In this document: positions 48,933 through 59,296 of the stretch, in pieces
How the letters are laid out: each line of letters starts with the position of its first letter
How positions within the stretch are numbered: position 1 is the stretch's first letter
NCBI GenBank assembly: GCA_965261735.1
Contig: OZ253470.1
Span: forward strand, 4,250,980-4,314,979
Origin: Alphaproteobacteria bacterium
GTDB taxonomy: Bacteria > Pseudomonadota > Alphaproteobacteria > SHVV01
DNA length: 64,000 bases
Direction of reading: 5' to 3'
Notes under the pieces: model-generated
Database searches by the model: none
Told to the model about the DNA's origin: nothing
Seen by the model: only the letters and a program-made list of their open reading frames with translations
Translations under genes and position numbers: made by a program

Positions 48933-49265
48933 ATGGGAATACATCGAATTTTCACGGGAAACGACGGTGAAAGCCACATGGAGGAGCTACGATTAGAGGA
49001 GCACCCTGAATTGGGCGCATTGACCGATGTTTCCGAGGTCCGGGTCCAGGAGTTTGACGGAAGCAGAAATAGGGACTTCAATCCGCTACCCGAACGCAGG
49101 CTGATCATTCATCTTTCCGGCGAAGTCGAGATTAGAACTAGTGATGGCGCTAAGCAAGTGTTCAGAGCCGGAGACATTAGACTTATGGAAGATGTTAGCG
49201 GTCGCGGTCACGCCCACGTTGACCTCAGCCCGTCATCCGCCGTTTACGTCATCCTGAATGACTAG
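48933..49265 (+). CDS. Hypothetical 110-aa protein in an AT-rich island
   Basis: ATG at 48933 with GGAGGGG upstream. MGIHRIFTGNDGESHMEELRLEEHPELG...IIHLSGEVEIRTSDGAKQVFRAGDIRLMED...; it could be a small cupin-like beta-barrel but has no motif I recognise. The surrounding 48.8-49.7 kb has markedly lower GC than the window. Confidence 0.4.
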   Translation: MGIHRIFTGNDGESHMEELRLEEHPELGALTDVSEVRVQEFDGSRNRDFNPLPERRLIIHLSGEVEIRTSDGAKQVFRAGDIRLMEDVSGRGHAHVDLSPSSAVYVILND

Positions 49266-49725
49266 GACCGCCGCCTCTCTCTCCGCGCTTTCGTTTTCGC
49301 GTCGCCACTCATCCACACTGGTGTTGATGGTGATGGACGGGCGGGAGCTACGTCAGAGATACGCCCGCAAGCGCTGGAGTTTGATTGAATTCGCTTGCGT
49401 TTCGCTTACGGGAGAAATGAAAACAAATAAATTATAAATTAAATCAACGGTATGAAATCATGCATCACGAACCCGGTGAGATCGTCGTCCCAATAGAACT
49501 TGTCCGGTTTCCTCACGAAAATCGAGCGCCGATATGGCGTCTGGAGAGTGCTGCTCGCGTTTTGTGATACCTGTCGCCATGACGGTTTTCCCTTGGTAAC
49601 CTAACAAGAACATAAAGCGAATTTATTCCACAGAATAGTGCAAAAAGTGCTCATTCGTCAGGTCAGGTAAACGAAGTGGCCGTGGTAGGCAAGGTCAAGC
49701 ACATCTCTGGATCGGGCGCACTCTC

Positions 49726-49920
49726 GTTAACGGCGGAGGAATAATGCACCACGCGAGGCGGCCGAGCGGTTCGGTCGTGGCGGCGCAGAATTGCGCCACC
49801 TATGTCCCCTTGTCGGTTATAGCGAGGGCCGGGAGATTTGGGGCGTGGAGCTTTATGTGGCGGTTCGTCTGGCGGTTGTCAATGAGGGTCTGAGCCCACA
49901 CTGCCGGCGACGGGCGGGGC
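49726..49920 (+). mobile_element. IS21-family type-2 left end plus IstA start, truncated at ~49920
   Basis: CGTTAACGGCGGAGGAATAATGCACCACGCGAGGCGGCC...MYGVELYVAVRLAVVNEGL..., a diverged second copy of the 28966 fragment. It is cut by an IS3-family fragment. Confidence 0.55.
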
Positions 49921-50272
49921 TTAGCAATTTCCCTCAAGCGCCTCTTTCAAGATCAACTTATCCAACGTCAGATCCGAGATCGCCTTCCGGAGACGGCCAT
50001 TCTCCTTCTCCAGGTCCTTCAGACGCTTGGCCTGGTCAGTACGAAGGCCGCCATATTCCTTGCGCCAGCGATAGTAACTCTGCTCCGATACGCCGAGCGT
50101 GCGGCAAGCTTGACCAACGGACTGGCCCTGCGCCAAGGCCACCTCGGCTTCGCGCAACATGCTGATAATCTGTTCTGGGGTGTAGCGTTTACGGCTCATT
50201 TTGTCCTCCTTTCGGGGGGGCAAAATGCGCCAAACTCTCTTAACAAATCTGGACCACTTTTAGGGGTCACTC
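49921..50272 (-). mobile_element. IS3-family fragment: left IR plus orfA (92 aa); orfB absent
   Basis: OrfA MSRKRYTPEQIISMLREAEVALAQGQSVGQACRTLGVSEQSYYRWRKEYGG...LKDLEKENGRLRKAI (HTH and leucine zipper). IR TGGAGTGACCCCTAAAAGTGGTCCAGATTTG at 50244-50274. Confidence 0.65.
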
Positions 50273-50279
50273 CAGATGA

Positions 50280-50480
50280 CCCAAAAACCTATCCGCCATC
50301 CGAAGCGGTGGCCGGGGCCTTTTCCGTTTCAGGACAGCTACCTGCTGTCTCAGGGCAAGGATTTCTGTGTGGAGCGCCGCGCGGCCCGCGAAGATTTCGA
50401 TGATCTTATGCATGCCGGAAAAGGTATCCGGTGGTGATGAACAATTCTAAGAATTCTGCGATAGATGGAATAAATGGGAG
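50280..50480 (+). mobile_element. IS427-like (IS5-family) fragment related to 26600-26700
   Basis: CAGGGCAAGGATTTCTGTGTGGAGCGCCGCGCGGCCCGCGAAGATTTCGATGATCTTATGCATGCCGG is the reverse complement of 26601-26668 with a few mismatches. Confidence 0.5.
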
Positions 50481-50486
50481 GGACAG

Positions 50487-50744
50487 CTATTCAGCCTCCA
50501 ATCCAAAATGCTCGATGACACTTGGATCGATCACACCCGCATGCAGCGCCAGTAAAACGAGACGCGCATCCGGTCCATCTTCGGTGCCAAGCGCGACGAC
50601 GACCCGGGCCTCGACCGCGTTGACGAGCGTGGCATCGTTGACGGCCTCGAAGTCGCTTCGACCGAGGATACAGTACGCCAATAGGAGTGAGGCATGGGCC
50701 GAGGCAGCCTCGGTGACCGGGCCGATCTCCTTGAGCAGCTTTAG
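50487..50744 (-). pseudogene. C-terminal 85 codons of an unknown gene, 5'-truncated by the IS5/IS1182 element
   Basis: ...LLKEIGPVTEAASAHASLLLAYCILGRSDFEAVNDATLVNAVEARVVVALGTEDGPDARLVLLALHAGVIDPSVIEHFGLEAE*. The first 16 codons of ORF 50487..50792 are IS-terminal sequence, and the same IS end fused to different DNA recurs at 63921. Confidence 0.3.
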
Positions 50745-52117
50745 CAGGCTGCTGAAAAAGTCATCATTGCCGGGCCTTGAACTCGGATTCATCGCCGAAA
50801 TGAAATGAGATTTCGTGTCTTAGGGTGAAACCGTCTTCAATCTCGACCGATCCGATGCCCTGGGCTTCGTCCAGTTCGATGATCTGCCACTTTGCGGTCA
50901 GCGGCGTGCCGGCATCGCCCATCATGTTGGCGCCTCCGCCAGCAGTCTGGGTAGTCGGACGAGGTTGTAGGCGGCCAAGGCCAGGGTGAACGAAGCGTCG
51001 ACCCGGTGGCGGCCCCGGAATTTGGTCTTGCTCAATCCCGCGCTCGTCTTGACCCAGCCGAAGACCTCCTCGATGCGCTTGCGGCAACGTTGGCTGACGC
51101 CGTAACCGGGATGGCGCGTCGTGCGCCCGTCTATCTTGGTCTTGCGCCGCTTGCCGGTCTTGGTGACGTGGTCCTGGACGGCGATATGGGGGGTCACCTT
51201 GCGGTGCCGCAGTTCCTCGACAAAATCCGCGACGTCAAAACCCTTGTCCCCGCCCACCGTGATCCGACGCCGCCCGCCTCTACTCTCCACCGGGCGATGC
51301 CTGTCGATCAGATCAAGGGCGGCTTCGCGTTCCGCCGTGCCCGACGCAATGGTCACGCCGCCGCCGACTGCCAGACCATGGCGGTTCTCCGTCAGCGCAT
51401 GGCCCATGTAACACAGCTTGCTTTCCCGGCCATTACCCTTGCGATAAAGCCGGGCGTCCGGATCAGTGGTGCTTGCATGGGTCGCGTTCGAGCGTTTCTC
51501 GCCATGAAAATCCCGCGCGGCGTTGCGCCCCGATCCCCCGTCGCCATCGTCCTCACCTTTGGGACGAAAGCTCTTCATCGACGCCCAGGCCTCGATCAAT
51601 GTTCCGTCTACCGAAAAATGATCCCGGCTCAATAGTCCCCCTACCTTGTGGTGCTGGATAACCCCCGCAAGCAGCTGCCCCGAAACCTCCGCCTCCAGAA
51701 GACGGTCCCGGTTGTGGCAGAACGCGTTGGCGTCCCACACGCCATCGTCCAGCCCAAGCCCCACAAACCAGCAAAACAGCATGTTGAAGTTTAGCTGCTC
51801 CATCAGCTGACGCTGCGAGCGGATCGAATAAAACGCCTGCAACAGTAACGCTCGAAGAAGCTTCTCCGGCGGGATCGATGGGCGACCCATGTGGGAATAA
51901 AGCGTCTCGAACTCCGAAGATAGAGACCCCAATACGTCGTTCACGATCTCACGGATCAGACGCAGCGGATGATCATCCGGAACACGCTCTTCCAAGTCTA
52001 CGTAGCTGAATAAATTGCCACTGCTTTGATCTCGACCCCGCATGCCATCCTCCATCACTCGAAGAAATCACAGAATCATGTCACAACTGCAAAGGCGAGG
52101 ACTTTTTCAGCAGCCTG
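50745..52117 (-). mobile_element. IS5/IS1182-family element, complete, 1373 bp
   Basis: 17-bp terminal inverted repeats CAGGCTGCTGAAAAAGT at 50745 and, reverse-complemented, at 52101-52117. A second copy begins at 63921 (window edge). Confidence 0.7.
50922..52058 (-). CDS. IS5/IS1182-family transposase
   Basis: 378 aa with the characteristic N-terminus ...GNLFSYVDLEERVPDDHPLRLIREIV... and a C-terminal DDE domain. Confidence 0.85.
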   Translation of the reverse strand: MMEDGMRGRDQSSGNLFSYVDLEERVPDDHPLRLIREIVNDVLGSLSSEFETLYSHMGRPSIPPEKLLRALLLQAFYSIRSQRQLMEQLNFNMLFCWFVGLGLDDGVWDANAFCHNRDRLLEAEVSGQLLAGVIQHHKVGGLLSRDHFSVDGTLIEAWASMKSFRPKGEDDGDGGSGRNAARDFHGEKRSNATHASTTDPDARLYRKGNGRESKLCYMGHALTENRHGLAVGGGVTIASGTAEREAALDLIDRHRPVESRGGRRRITVGGDKGFDVADFVEELRHRKVTPHIAVQDHVTKTGKRRKTKIDGRTTRHPGYGVSQRCRKRIEEVFGWVKTSAGLSKTKFRGRHRVDASFTLALAAYNLVRLPRLLAEAPT

Positions 52118-52282
52118 TTAGGGCTGTCAGCTTTACCGGCTCTGGCACCAGCGCCGGATGGAGACCCGCGTCACGCAGCTCGCGGTCGAACTGCTGCAGT
52201 TCGCGCGAGCGACCAAACAAGCTAAACATGCCAGCGAACATGGGATCAGCTTGATCCTGGCGGACGCCCGTTGGCTGTATCG

Positions 52283-54187
52283 CTAGGCGACGCCAATTTT
52301 GGCGGCACTTTCTAACTCCTCCTGGCCTGCGATCCAAGCGGCTTCGGCGGCATCGAGATCGCGCTGGAGCCAGCTAATTTTCTGTTGCAGTCGTTTCGAC
52401 TCCTCCGGTTGCTCGCGATAGAGAGCGGGATCGGCGAGTTTTTCGAGTATTTCCTGCTTCTCGAGAGTCAGGCGGTCGACCAGTGCTTCGGCCTTCTTGA
52501 CCTTGTTGGTGAGCGACGAAGCGTCCCGACGCCGCTCGGCCGACCTGCGACGCTTCTCCTTTTTATTTGTCGTTACCCGACTAGGTGTTGGCATGGCCTC
52601 GGTGCGGGAGGACTCATCGGGTCGAGACTTGCGCTCGAGCGTCAGGGCCCGATAGTCCGCCATATCGCCCTCAAACGACGCCACCCGACTTCCGCTTACA
52701 AGCCAGAATCGATCGACGGTTAGTGCAATCAGGTGAGGGTCATGGCTGACGATCACCACCGCCCCATCGAACTCGTTGATCGCCTCAGCCATAGCATCGC
52801 GCGATGCCATGTCGAGATGGTTTGTCGGTTCATCCAATAACAACACATGCGGTTCGCTGGCTGCGATTTGCGCGAACACCAGACGTGCCCGCTCTCCCCC
52901 GGACAACGACCCGATACGGCCCAAAGCCATGTCGTTGGTAAATCCAAAACGGCCCAGATAGGTGCGCATTTTCTCCGGGGTATCGTCGGGGCGCAGCCGG
53001 CCCAGCGACTCAATCGGGCTAGCCGATGGATCGAGCTGTTCGGTGAGTTGTTGGGAAAAATAGCCGACCCGAAGCCTCGGCGACTTCACCACCTCGCCCG
53101 CCATTGGCTTGAGCATGCCAGCCAGCAACTTGATAAACGTGGTCTTGCCGTTTCCGTTTGCACCGAGCAATGCGATGCGGTCATCGCTATCTAAACGCAA
53201 CGAGATGTTTGAGAGAACCGGCGTGTCGTCGTAGCCGACGTCGACCCGATAGAGGCTGTAGAGAGGCGGTGCCAACACCGCGACCTTGGGAAAATGGAAG
53301 TTGGGCGCTCGCTCACTGGACATTGCGGTGGGCGGCGCCAGGCGCGCCAACATCTTAATGCGCGATTGTGCCTGTTTGGCCTTCGTGGCCTGCGCGCGAA
53401 ATCGATCGACGAATTTCTCCATATGGTCACGTTGGGCTTCCTGCTTGACACGCAGTTTGCCGTCGAGCTCCAACCGCATTCGGCGATTCGTCTCAAATCG
53501 GTCGTAATTGCCCTGGTAATGGATCAGTTTGGTGTTTTCGAGATGAAGAATTTCTCCGACCGCCCGATTGAGAAGGTCGCGATCGTGGCTGATAATCACG
53601 ACCGCCCCCTCGTAGCGCGCTATGTAGTCCTCCAGCCATAGTGTCGCTTCGAGGTCGAGATGGTTGGTCGGCTCGTCCAGTAGCAACAAATCGGGCGCGG
53701 TAAACAGCAGCGAGGCCAGCGCCACGCGCATACGCCAACCACCCGAAAACGAGGCGCAACTGCGCTGTTGCGCGGCTTCGTCGAAGCCCAAGCCGGCTAG
53801 AATACGTGCCGCGCGGGCCGTCGCGGAATACGCCTGACACCGGGCTAGAAGGTCATGGATCGCAGCGATCCGTGCTGGATCGGTGGCCGTTTCCGCCTCC
53901 TGCCATAAGCTCGCCAATTCCGTATCCGCACCAATCACGGTACCGATCAGGCTGTCGCGACCGTTGGGTGCGTCTTGAGACGTAATCCCCACACGCCAGT
54001 GTGGTGGCACCGAGATGCGTCCGCCGTCGCTGTCAGCCACGCCGGTAATCAGACCAAACAGTGTCGTCTTACCGGCACCGTTGCGGCCGACAACCCCCAC
54101 CTTGTGGCCGGCGTTAACGACGGCGTTTACATCGTCAAAAAGAAGTCGGCCCGCGATGCGGTAAGTGAGGTTTTCAATCTTTAGCAA
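52283..54187 (-). CDS. ABC-F family ATPase (Uup-like, two ABC domains plus a C-terminal coiled coil)
   Basis: Two Walker A motifs (GRNGAGKTT, GANGNGKTT), two LSGGE signatures and two Walker B motifs (LLLDEPTNHLD). Probable TTG start at 54187 with GGAG 8 nt upstream; the ORF track starts earlier at 54274. Confidence 0.8.
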   Translation of the reverse strand: MLKIENLTYRIAGRLLFDDVNAVVNAGHKVGVVGRNGAGKTTLFGLITGVADSDGGRISVPPHWRVGITSQDAPNGRDSLIGTVIGADTELASLWQEAETATDPARIAAIHDLLARCQAYSATARAARILAGLGFDEAAQQRSCASFSGGWRMRVALASLLFTAPDLLLLDEPTNHLDLEATLWLEDYIARYEGAVVIISHDRDLLNRAVGEILHLENTKLIHYQGNYDRFETNRRMRLELDGKLRVKQEAQRDHMEKFVDRFRAQATKAKQAQSRIKMLARLAPPTAMSSERAPNFHFPKVAVLAPPLYSLYRVDVGYDDTPVLSNISLRLDSDDRIALLGANGNGKTTFIKLLAGMLKPMAGEVVKSPRLRVGYFSQQLTEQLDPSASPIESLGRLRPDDTPEKMRTYLGRFGFTNDMALGRIGSLSGGERARLVFAQIAASEPHVLLLDEPTNHLDMASRDAMAEAINEFDGAVVIVSHDPHLIALTVDRFWLVSGSRVASFEGDMADYRALTLERKSRPDESSRTEAMPTPSRVTTNKKEKRRRSAERRRDASSLTNKVKKAEALVDRLTLEKQEILEKLADPALYREQPEESKRLQQKISWLQRDLDAAEAAWIAGQEELESAAKIGVA

Positions 54188-54342
54188 GGCAATGACTCCG
54201 CCCGCGGGCGTCTGGGGATAGCGAGTTTGCGAAACTTGGTGGGCGTAGATTGCCGAAACAACAACCCACCGCAAAAGCTATAGCATTTTGTGATCATTCG
54301 GAATCGTGAGGGATTCCGCGGAGGCTCGTTATGTGATTCAAG

Positions 54343-54626
54343 GTGCGGGCTGGAAAAGGAGGCCAGCCTGCATGGCGAAATCTCTTTCCAACGATCTTCG
54401 AGCGCGGCTTGTCGCGGCGGTTGAAGGCGTCGCAACGTTTTGGGGTAGCGGCTTCGACAGCGATCAAATGGGTTGATCTGTGGCGACGGAGCGGCGATGT
54501 CGGAGAGCGGCCACGGGGCGGCGATCACCGCTCGTACCGGATCGAGGCCCATGGCGAGGAGATTCTGTCCCTGGTCGAGGTGACGCCGGGCATCACCTTG
54601 GCGGAGCTGGCTGAGCATCTCGATGC
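54343..54626 (+). mobile_element. IS630-family transposase N-terminal fragment (frameshifted), truncated by an IS903-like insertion
   Basis: MAKSLSNDLRARLVAAVEG... then a shift to ...QRFGVAASTAIKWVDLWRRSGDVGERPRGGDHRSYRIEAHGEEILSLVEVTPGITLAELAEHL (HTH_Tnp_IS630-like). It ends at the IS903-like IR at 54627. Confidence 0.5.
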
Positions 54627-55715
54627 GGCTTTGGTGCATGGACCTAAGGATTAGTATATCTGGCTCCGCTTCCGTCTTTGAGAGTTTGTCATGCCTTTCA
54701 AGTTCCACGCATCGCGTCGCCACCATATCCCCAGAGCCAAGTACCGGATCATGAACTGGCCGGATTATGACCGTGGTTTGGTTCGGCGCGGCGACATTCG
54801 TTTCTGGATTGATGAGAGCGCCCTGGAGCAATGGGCCGCAGCCAAACGGCGAACTCCTGGTGGCCAGCGGCGGTTTTCAGAGTTGGCGATTTCCACGACA
54901 CTGATGCTGGGGATGGTCTTCAGACTTCCGCTGCGCCAGACGGAAGGCTTTGTGCGTTCCCTCGTGGACTTGATGGGGTGCGATCTGCCGGTGCCGGATC
55001 ACACCACGCTGTCGCGGCGGCGGCGAACGGTGGATGTCGTTGTGGAAACCAGCACGAACAAGCGGTCTACGGATATCGTGCTGGATTCCACGGGCCTGAA
55101 ATTCTTTAGCGCTGGCGAGTGGGCTCGCGCCAAGCACGGTGAAACGCGGCGCTCGTGGCGCAAGCTGCATATCTCGGTTGACCCGGCCAGCAGCGAGATC
55201 CGGACGCATGAACTGACCGGTGACGACACGGCCGATGCGACGATGGCGGGACCGCTGGTCGCCGGTTCCGGTGGGATGATCCGGCGCGTGTTTGCCGACG
55301 GCGCCTATGACGGGGAGCCCGTGACAAAAGCGATCCGAGAAGCTCGGCCACCGAATTCACCACCTGAAATCATCATCCCGCCACGCGCCACATCCATTCC
55401 TCCCCCGGACACGCCTCATGGCGGATCGGAACGGGAGCACCATGCGGCGGAGATCGCGTCGAAGGGAAGGATGAACTGGCAGAAACGACAGGGCTACGGA
55501 TTGAGAGCGCTTGGCGAAACAGCCATGGCTCGCGTCAAGAGGCTCAACGGCGGCAAGCTCAACGCTCGCACATTCCAATCCCAACAAACCGAAATCGCCA
55601 TGCAGATCGACGTACTCAATCGCTCTATCCGTGCGGCGAAACCAAACACAATCAGGATCCGCTAACCAACCGGGGAATGGGCAATCACACCATCGCGGCT
55701 CCATGCACCAAAGCC
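54627..55715 (+). mobile_element. IS903-group element copy 3 (1089 bp)
   Basis: IRs GGCTTTGGTGCATGGACC... and ...GGCTCCATGCACCAAAGCC. No target duplication. Confidence 0.75.
54691..55665 (+). CDS. IS903-group transposase, copy 3
   Basis: 324 aa, near-identical to 29460..30434 (e.g. AKYRIMNW, DVLNRS variants). Confidence 0.85.
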   Translation: MPFKFHASRRHHIPRAKYRIMNWPDYDRGLVRRGDIRFWIDESALEQWAAAKRRTPGGQRRFSELAISTTLMLGMVFRLPLRQTEGFVRSLVDLMGCDLPVPDHTTLSRRRRTVDVVVETSTNKRSTDIVLDSTGLKFFSAGEWARAKHGETRRSWRKLHISVDPASSEIRTHELTGDDTADATMAGPLVAGSGGMIRRVFADGAYDGEPVTKAIREARPPNSPPEIIIPPRATSIPPPDTPHGGSEREHHAAEIASKGRMNWQKRQGYGLRALGETAMARVKRLNGGKLNARTFQSQQTEIAMQIDVLNRSIRAAKPNTIRIR

Positions 55716-55960
55716 ACGTAGCGGCACTGACGGCTGCGATCATCCGCCAGGCGATACAGTATGGCCTATACGGCTATCGCCGCGTCGAGGCCTTCGAGGC
55801 CTACCAGCTGTAGAGGCGGGTGCGCGCGGATTCCCCATTTTGGCACCCCATTACGGACGATGCCGGATAGAGGTTTGCAACTGACCCACGCCCCTCGTGG
55901 CGCGCCGGTCCGACCTGTGCAGCTCATTTCGTCATCGTCTCGCAACCTCGTGGCGGGCCC

Positions 55961-56100
55961 TCAGCCAGCGGCGCGGTAGGCTTCGCCGCTCCGAAGCACG
56001 GCCCAGATGATCCGTGCGTTCTTGTTGGCGACGGCCACCGTGGCCCGGTTGAAGCCGCGCCGCCGGTGAAGTTTGTTGACCCAGGCGTTGAAGGGATCCG
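55961..56100 (-). mobile_element. 3'-terminal fragment of an IS110-family transposase gene
   Basis: ...FNAWVNKLHRRRGFNRATVAVANKNARIIWAVLRSGEAYRAAG* has an IS110 C-terminal signature, without the rest of the gene. Confidence 0.4.
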
Positions 56101-56154
56101 TCTTTGCTGAGGCCGTTCGAACGACGGACCTGGCGCCATGCACCAGCAGGGACC

Positions 56155-57387
56155 CTATCGCGCGGGGAGGGGGTTGAGGCCCAGCCGCGTCTGCCGAAGG
56201 TAGATGAACCCGATGGTGCAGAAATTCATGACCGTGAACCCGCAACCAGCGAGAAAGGCTTGGGAATAGCTGCCCGTGAGGTCGAAAATGTGGCCTCCGA
56301 GCCACCCCCCGAGCGCCATGCCGAGCAACGCGAACATGTAGAAGGTGGCGATGCGCCAGCCGGCCTGGCTGGCCGGGAAGAGCAGCCGGATGATCAGGGG
56401 GTAGCACGGCATGATGCCCGCGAATCCCAGGCCGAACAGCAATGCGGCGACGTACAGGGCAGGCGGGCTGGTTACGATCGAAAAGACCACGAGCATGATG
56501 GCCTGACAGGCCGAACCGATGAGCAGCGTTCGCACCCCGCCGATGCGGTCGGCCAGCATGCCATAGAGAATCCGTGAGACGAAAGCCGCGGCGAACAATA
56601 CGGTCAATAGTTCGGCGGCGCGTGCCCGTGGCAAACCCAGGTCGGTGCCGTGGCTGACGAGATGAACCATCGGTATCGCCATCGCCGCGCAGCAACCGAT
56701 GGTCGCCAGGCACAACAGGCCCTGCACGGCATTTGCGGGCAGATCGAGAACTCGTCCAAGCACGGCGTGGCCCTCGCGGGCCCAGCCCGGGGGCGTGATG
56801 GGCGGCTTGGGGCGCAGCAGCATGGCTAGCGGCACCATGGTGCAAAGCGCGAAAACGCCGAATATCAGATAGGTCTCGCGCCAACCGTAGGCGTCGTTGA
56901 GGTAGCGGAAGAGGGGAGGCCCGATGGTTCCGGAGAGCCCTTGGCTCGAGGCGATGATGGAGACCGCCAGTCCCCGCCGACGATCGAACCAGTGCGTCAC
57001 ATTGGCGATCAGCGGTGTGAGGATCGCGGCTTGACCCATCAAGCCGATCAGCAGCCCGTTGGCGACGTAGAGGCTCCAGCGCCCTTCGGACTGACTGGCG
57101 ACAAGGGCGCCGATCCCGATCATCACGGACCCGAACAGCACCGGCTGCAGCACGCCGCGCTTGTCCATCCACCAACCCATCACGACGCCGCCCACCGCAG
57201 CGCCGATCATCATCATCGAATAGGCGAGGGAAGGGACCGACCGGGGCCAGTCGAATTCCGCGGCGATCGGCTTGAGCGCGACCCACAGCACGATCGGCGC
57301 GCCGATGGCGATGGTGCCAATGGAGAGCGAGACGAATACGACTATCCAGCCGTATGGGGTTTCGATACTGCCGTCCCGTTGCGCCAT
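56155..57387 (-). CDS. MFS transporter (OFA/oxalate-formate antiporter-like)
   Basis: 411 aa from MAQRDGSIETPYGWIVVFVSL...; 12 predicted TM helices and the MFS motif region GWWMDKRG. The ORF track starts earlier (57621) in IS-flanking sequence. Confidence 0.75.
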   Translation of the reverse strand: MAQRDGSIETPYGWIVVFVSLSIGTIAIGAPIVLWVALKPIAAEFDWPRSVPSLAYSMMMIGAAVGGVVMGWWMDKRGVLQPVLFGSVMIGIGALVASQSEGRWSLYVANGLLIGLMGQAAILTPLIANVTHWFDRRRGLAVSIIASSQGLSGTIGPPLFRYLNDAYGWRETYLIFGVFALCTMVPLAMLLRPKPPITPPGWAREGHAVLGRVLDLPANAVQGLLCLATIGCCAAMAIPMVHLVSHGTDLGLPRARAAELLTVLFAAAFVSRILYGMLADRIGGVRTLLIGSACQAIMLVVFSIVTSPPALYVAALLFGLGFAGIMPCYPLIIRLLFPASQAGWRIATFYMFALLGMALGGWLGGHIFDLTGSYSQAFLAGCGFTVMNFCTIGFIYLRQTRLGLNPLPAR

Positions 57388-57599
57388 GGGCTCTGGATGT
57401 CTGTCGTGCAATTGAGTGGGGCGGCGGCTACCTAGGAGCGTGCGCCGTAGAAGTTTTGATGTTGGGCGATTGGCGCGCGGCCGCCGGAGAGGTGGGATTT
57501 TGGCCCGAGTGTGGATATCTGGCCCGCCCGACTCTGGGATGGAAATCCCAGACCGGAAGGCCGGAAGGGAAGAGATTCGCGTTTCATACGCGGTCGATG

Positions 57600-59080
57600 G
57601 GCACTGCGCGCCCCGGATCAAGTGCGTTGGCAGGCCAGCACCTGCCTCAGCACGTGGCCACCGTCCCCATCCGCTTGATGTTCAACGCCAAGCACACGAG
57701 GTCCCACTCGCCGCGCACCTTCGCCAAGCCTCGCAGGCTGAATCGTCGGAATCCGAGCACCTCCTTGATCCACCCGTTCGGCGCCTCCGAGAGCCACTTG
57801 CGTTGCGCGTACCGGGCTTTGCCCGCGGGGCTCGCCAGTTTCTCACCCATGCGGTGCGTGGCAGGGAGCCGGGCCGGGTCGACCGCCACCTGGGACTTGC
57901 CTTCACGCCCCAGCGCTACGTGCGCGTCGATGCCGCGATCTTCCAGCTCCAACAGATCCGGCTCGTTGCAGTAGCCCGCATCGGCCAGTACCACCGCAGG
58001 CTCGACCCCAAACGTCTCGTTGATCTCGTCGAGCATCCCCACCAGCTGACCCTGGTCGCTGGCCTGTGGCCCCACCTGAGTCGCGACGATGATCTGGTGC
58101 TCCCCATCGACCGCCATCTGCGCGTTGTAGCACTGCTGGAACCCCTCGCTGCTGGTCTTCATGATCTGGCTCTCGGGATCGGTGAAATTGCTCTGCGCCT
58201 TCGGCTCGGGCTCGCCGTAGGCCCGCTTGTAAGGCCGCCCGCCCCGGGGATTGCGGTCCTGCCCCGGCTCGCGCCCGCGCTCATCGTCGCGCCCGCGTTG
58301 CGCCGCCTCCAAACGCGCTTTGGCTGCCTGGATCGCCGCCAGGCGCTTCTCCCTGCGTTGCAACTCCTCGGGCAACTCGTCGCCCCGGAAATCCTCGCCC
58401 CAACGCTCGTCTTCTTCGGCGTCCACCATCCCCGCCGTCGTCAGCAGCGCCTCGATCTCCGCCTGCAAGCGAGCCGCCTCTTTGCCCATCCGCTCATAGC
58501 TCATCGCCTTGCGCTTGCTCGCGTTCGCTCGCACCTTCGTCCCGTCGACCGAGAGCTTGCCGAACCGCGCCAGTCCCATCTCGCGCGCCACCTGCACCAC
58601 CCCCACAAACAGCTCGCTGAACTCCGCCAGATGTCGGCGTCGGAACTCACATACCGTGCGATGTTGCGGGAAGTTGCCCGCCGCGAGCATCCTAAACGCT
58701 ACATCCTCCTCCAGCTTCCTCGCCACCGCGCGCGAGGAGAATGTGCCCGTCGCGTAGGCATAGATCAGCACCTTGACCATCATCGACGGCTCGTAGGGGG
58801 CGTTGCGTCGACCGTCCCCCTCGTAGGGCGCATAGAACGCCGTCAAGTCCAGTGCATCGACCACATCGCTGACGTGATGAGCCAGGTGCCCTGGGGAAAC
58901 CCACTCCTGCAAGTCCGGCGGCAAAAGCAAGGGTTGGTCCGGCTGGTAGGCACGAAACGTGGTCGGCATCGGGAGTTCCCACACGCAACTGGCGTATCGG
59001 ATCATACTTCCCCCTGCGCAAATCCACCCACAACCCGTCCGCTATCAACTTTGCCGCGCGGACCTTTCTGCGGCGCACGC
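57600..59080 (-). mobile_element. IS1182-family element (ends not resolved)
   Basis: Boundaries guessed from the transposase position between the MFS start and the IS3 element; no IRs confidently identified. Confidence 0.3.
57647..59005 (-). CDS. IS1182-family transposase
   Basis: 452 aa; ...PYEGDGRRNAPYEPSMMVKVLIYAYATGTFSSRAVARKLEEDVAFRMLAAG... and a C-terminal DDE (...VVLADAGYCNE...) match the IS1182-family layout. Confidence 0.8.
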   Translation of the reverse strand: MIRYASCVWELPMPTTFRAYQPDQPLLLPPDLQEWVSPGHLAHHVSDVVDALDLTAFYAPYEGDGRRNAPYEPSMMVKVLIYAYATGTFSSRAVARKLEEDVAFRMLAAGNFPQHRTVCEFRRRHLAEFSELFVGVVQVAREMGLARFGKLSVDGTKVRANASKRKAMSYERMGKEAARLQAEIEALLTTAGMVDAEEDERWGEDFRGDELPEELQRREKRLAAIQAAKARLEAAQRGRDDERGREPGQDRNPRGGRPYKRAYGEPEPKAQSNFTDPESQIMKTSSEGFQQCYNAQMAVDGEHQIIVATQVGPQASDQGQLVGMLDEINETFGVEPAVVLADAGYCNEPDLLELEDRGIDAHVALGREGKSQVAVDPARLPATHRMGEKLASPAGKARYAQRKWLSEAPNGWIKEVLGFRRFSLRGLAKVRGEWDLVCLALNIKRMGTVATC

Positions 59081-59296
59081 TCCTAGGGAAGCTCTGACCG
59101 CCGTGGCACGACCGATGGAGGGAAGGTCGATGACCGGGGCGCGCGCCCCGGAGGATGGATTCGATAGTCATAGCGCCACCAATCGCGCATGCGCCATCCC
59201 GGGTCAAGCAACCCACTACCCATGCGCCGCCTTGTGAGGTGGCCTCGGTTTGTCGGACAGCTTGGCGGCTTGATTAAGGTGTATTCCAGTTGTCGT

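Noticed and set aside
52107-52282. Small minus-strand ORF (MFAGMFSLFGRSRELQQFDRELRDAGLHPALVPEPVKLTALTGC*) downstream of the ABC-F gene
   Set aside because: Its stop codon is supplied by the IS5/IS1182 inverted repeat, so at best it is the 5' stump of a gene destroyed by the IS. It has no recognisable family.
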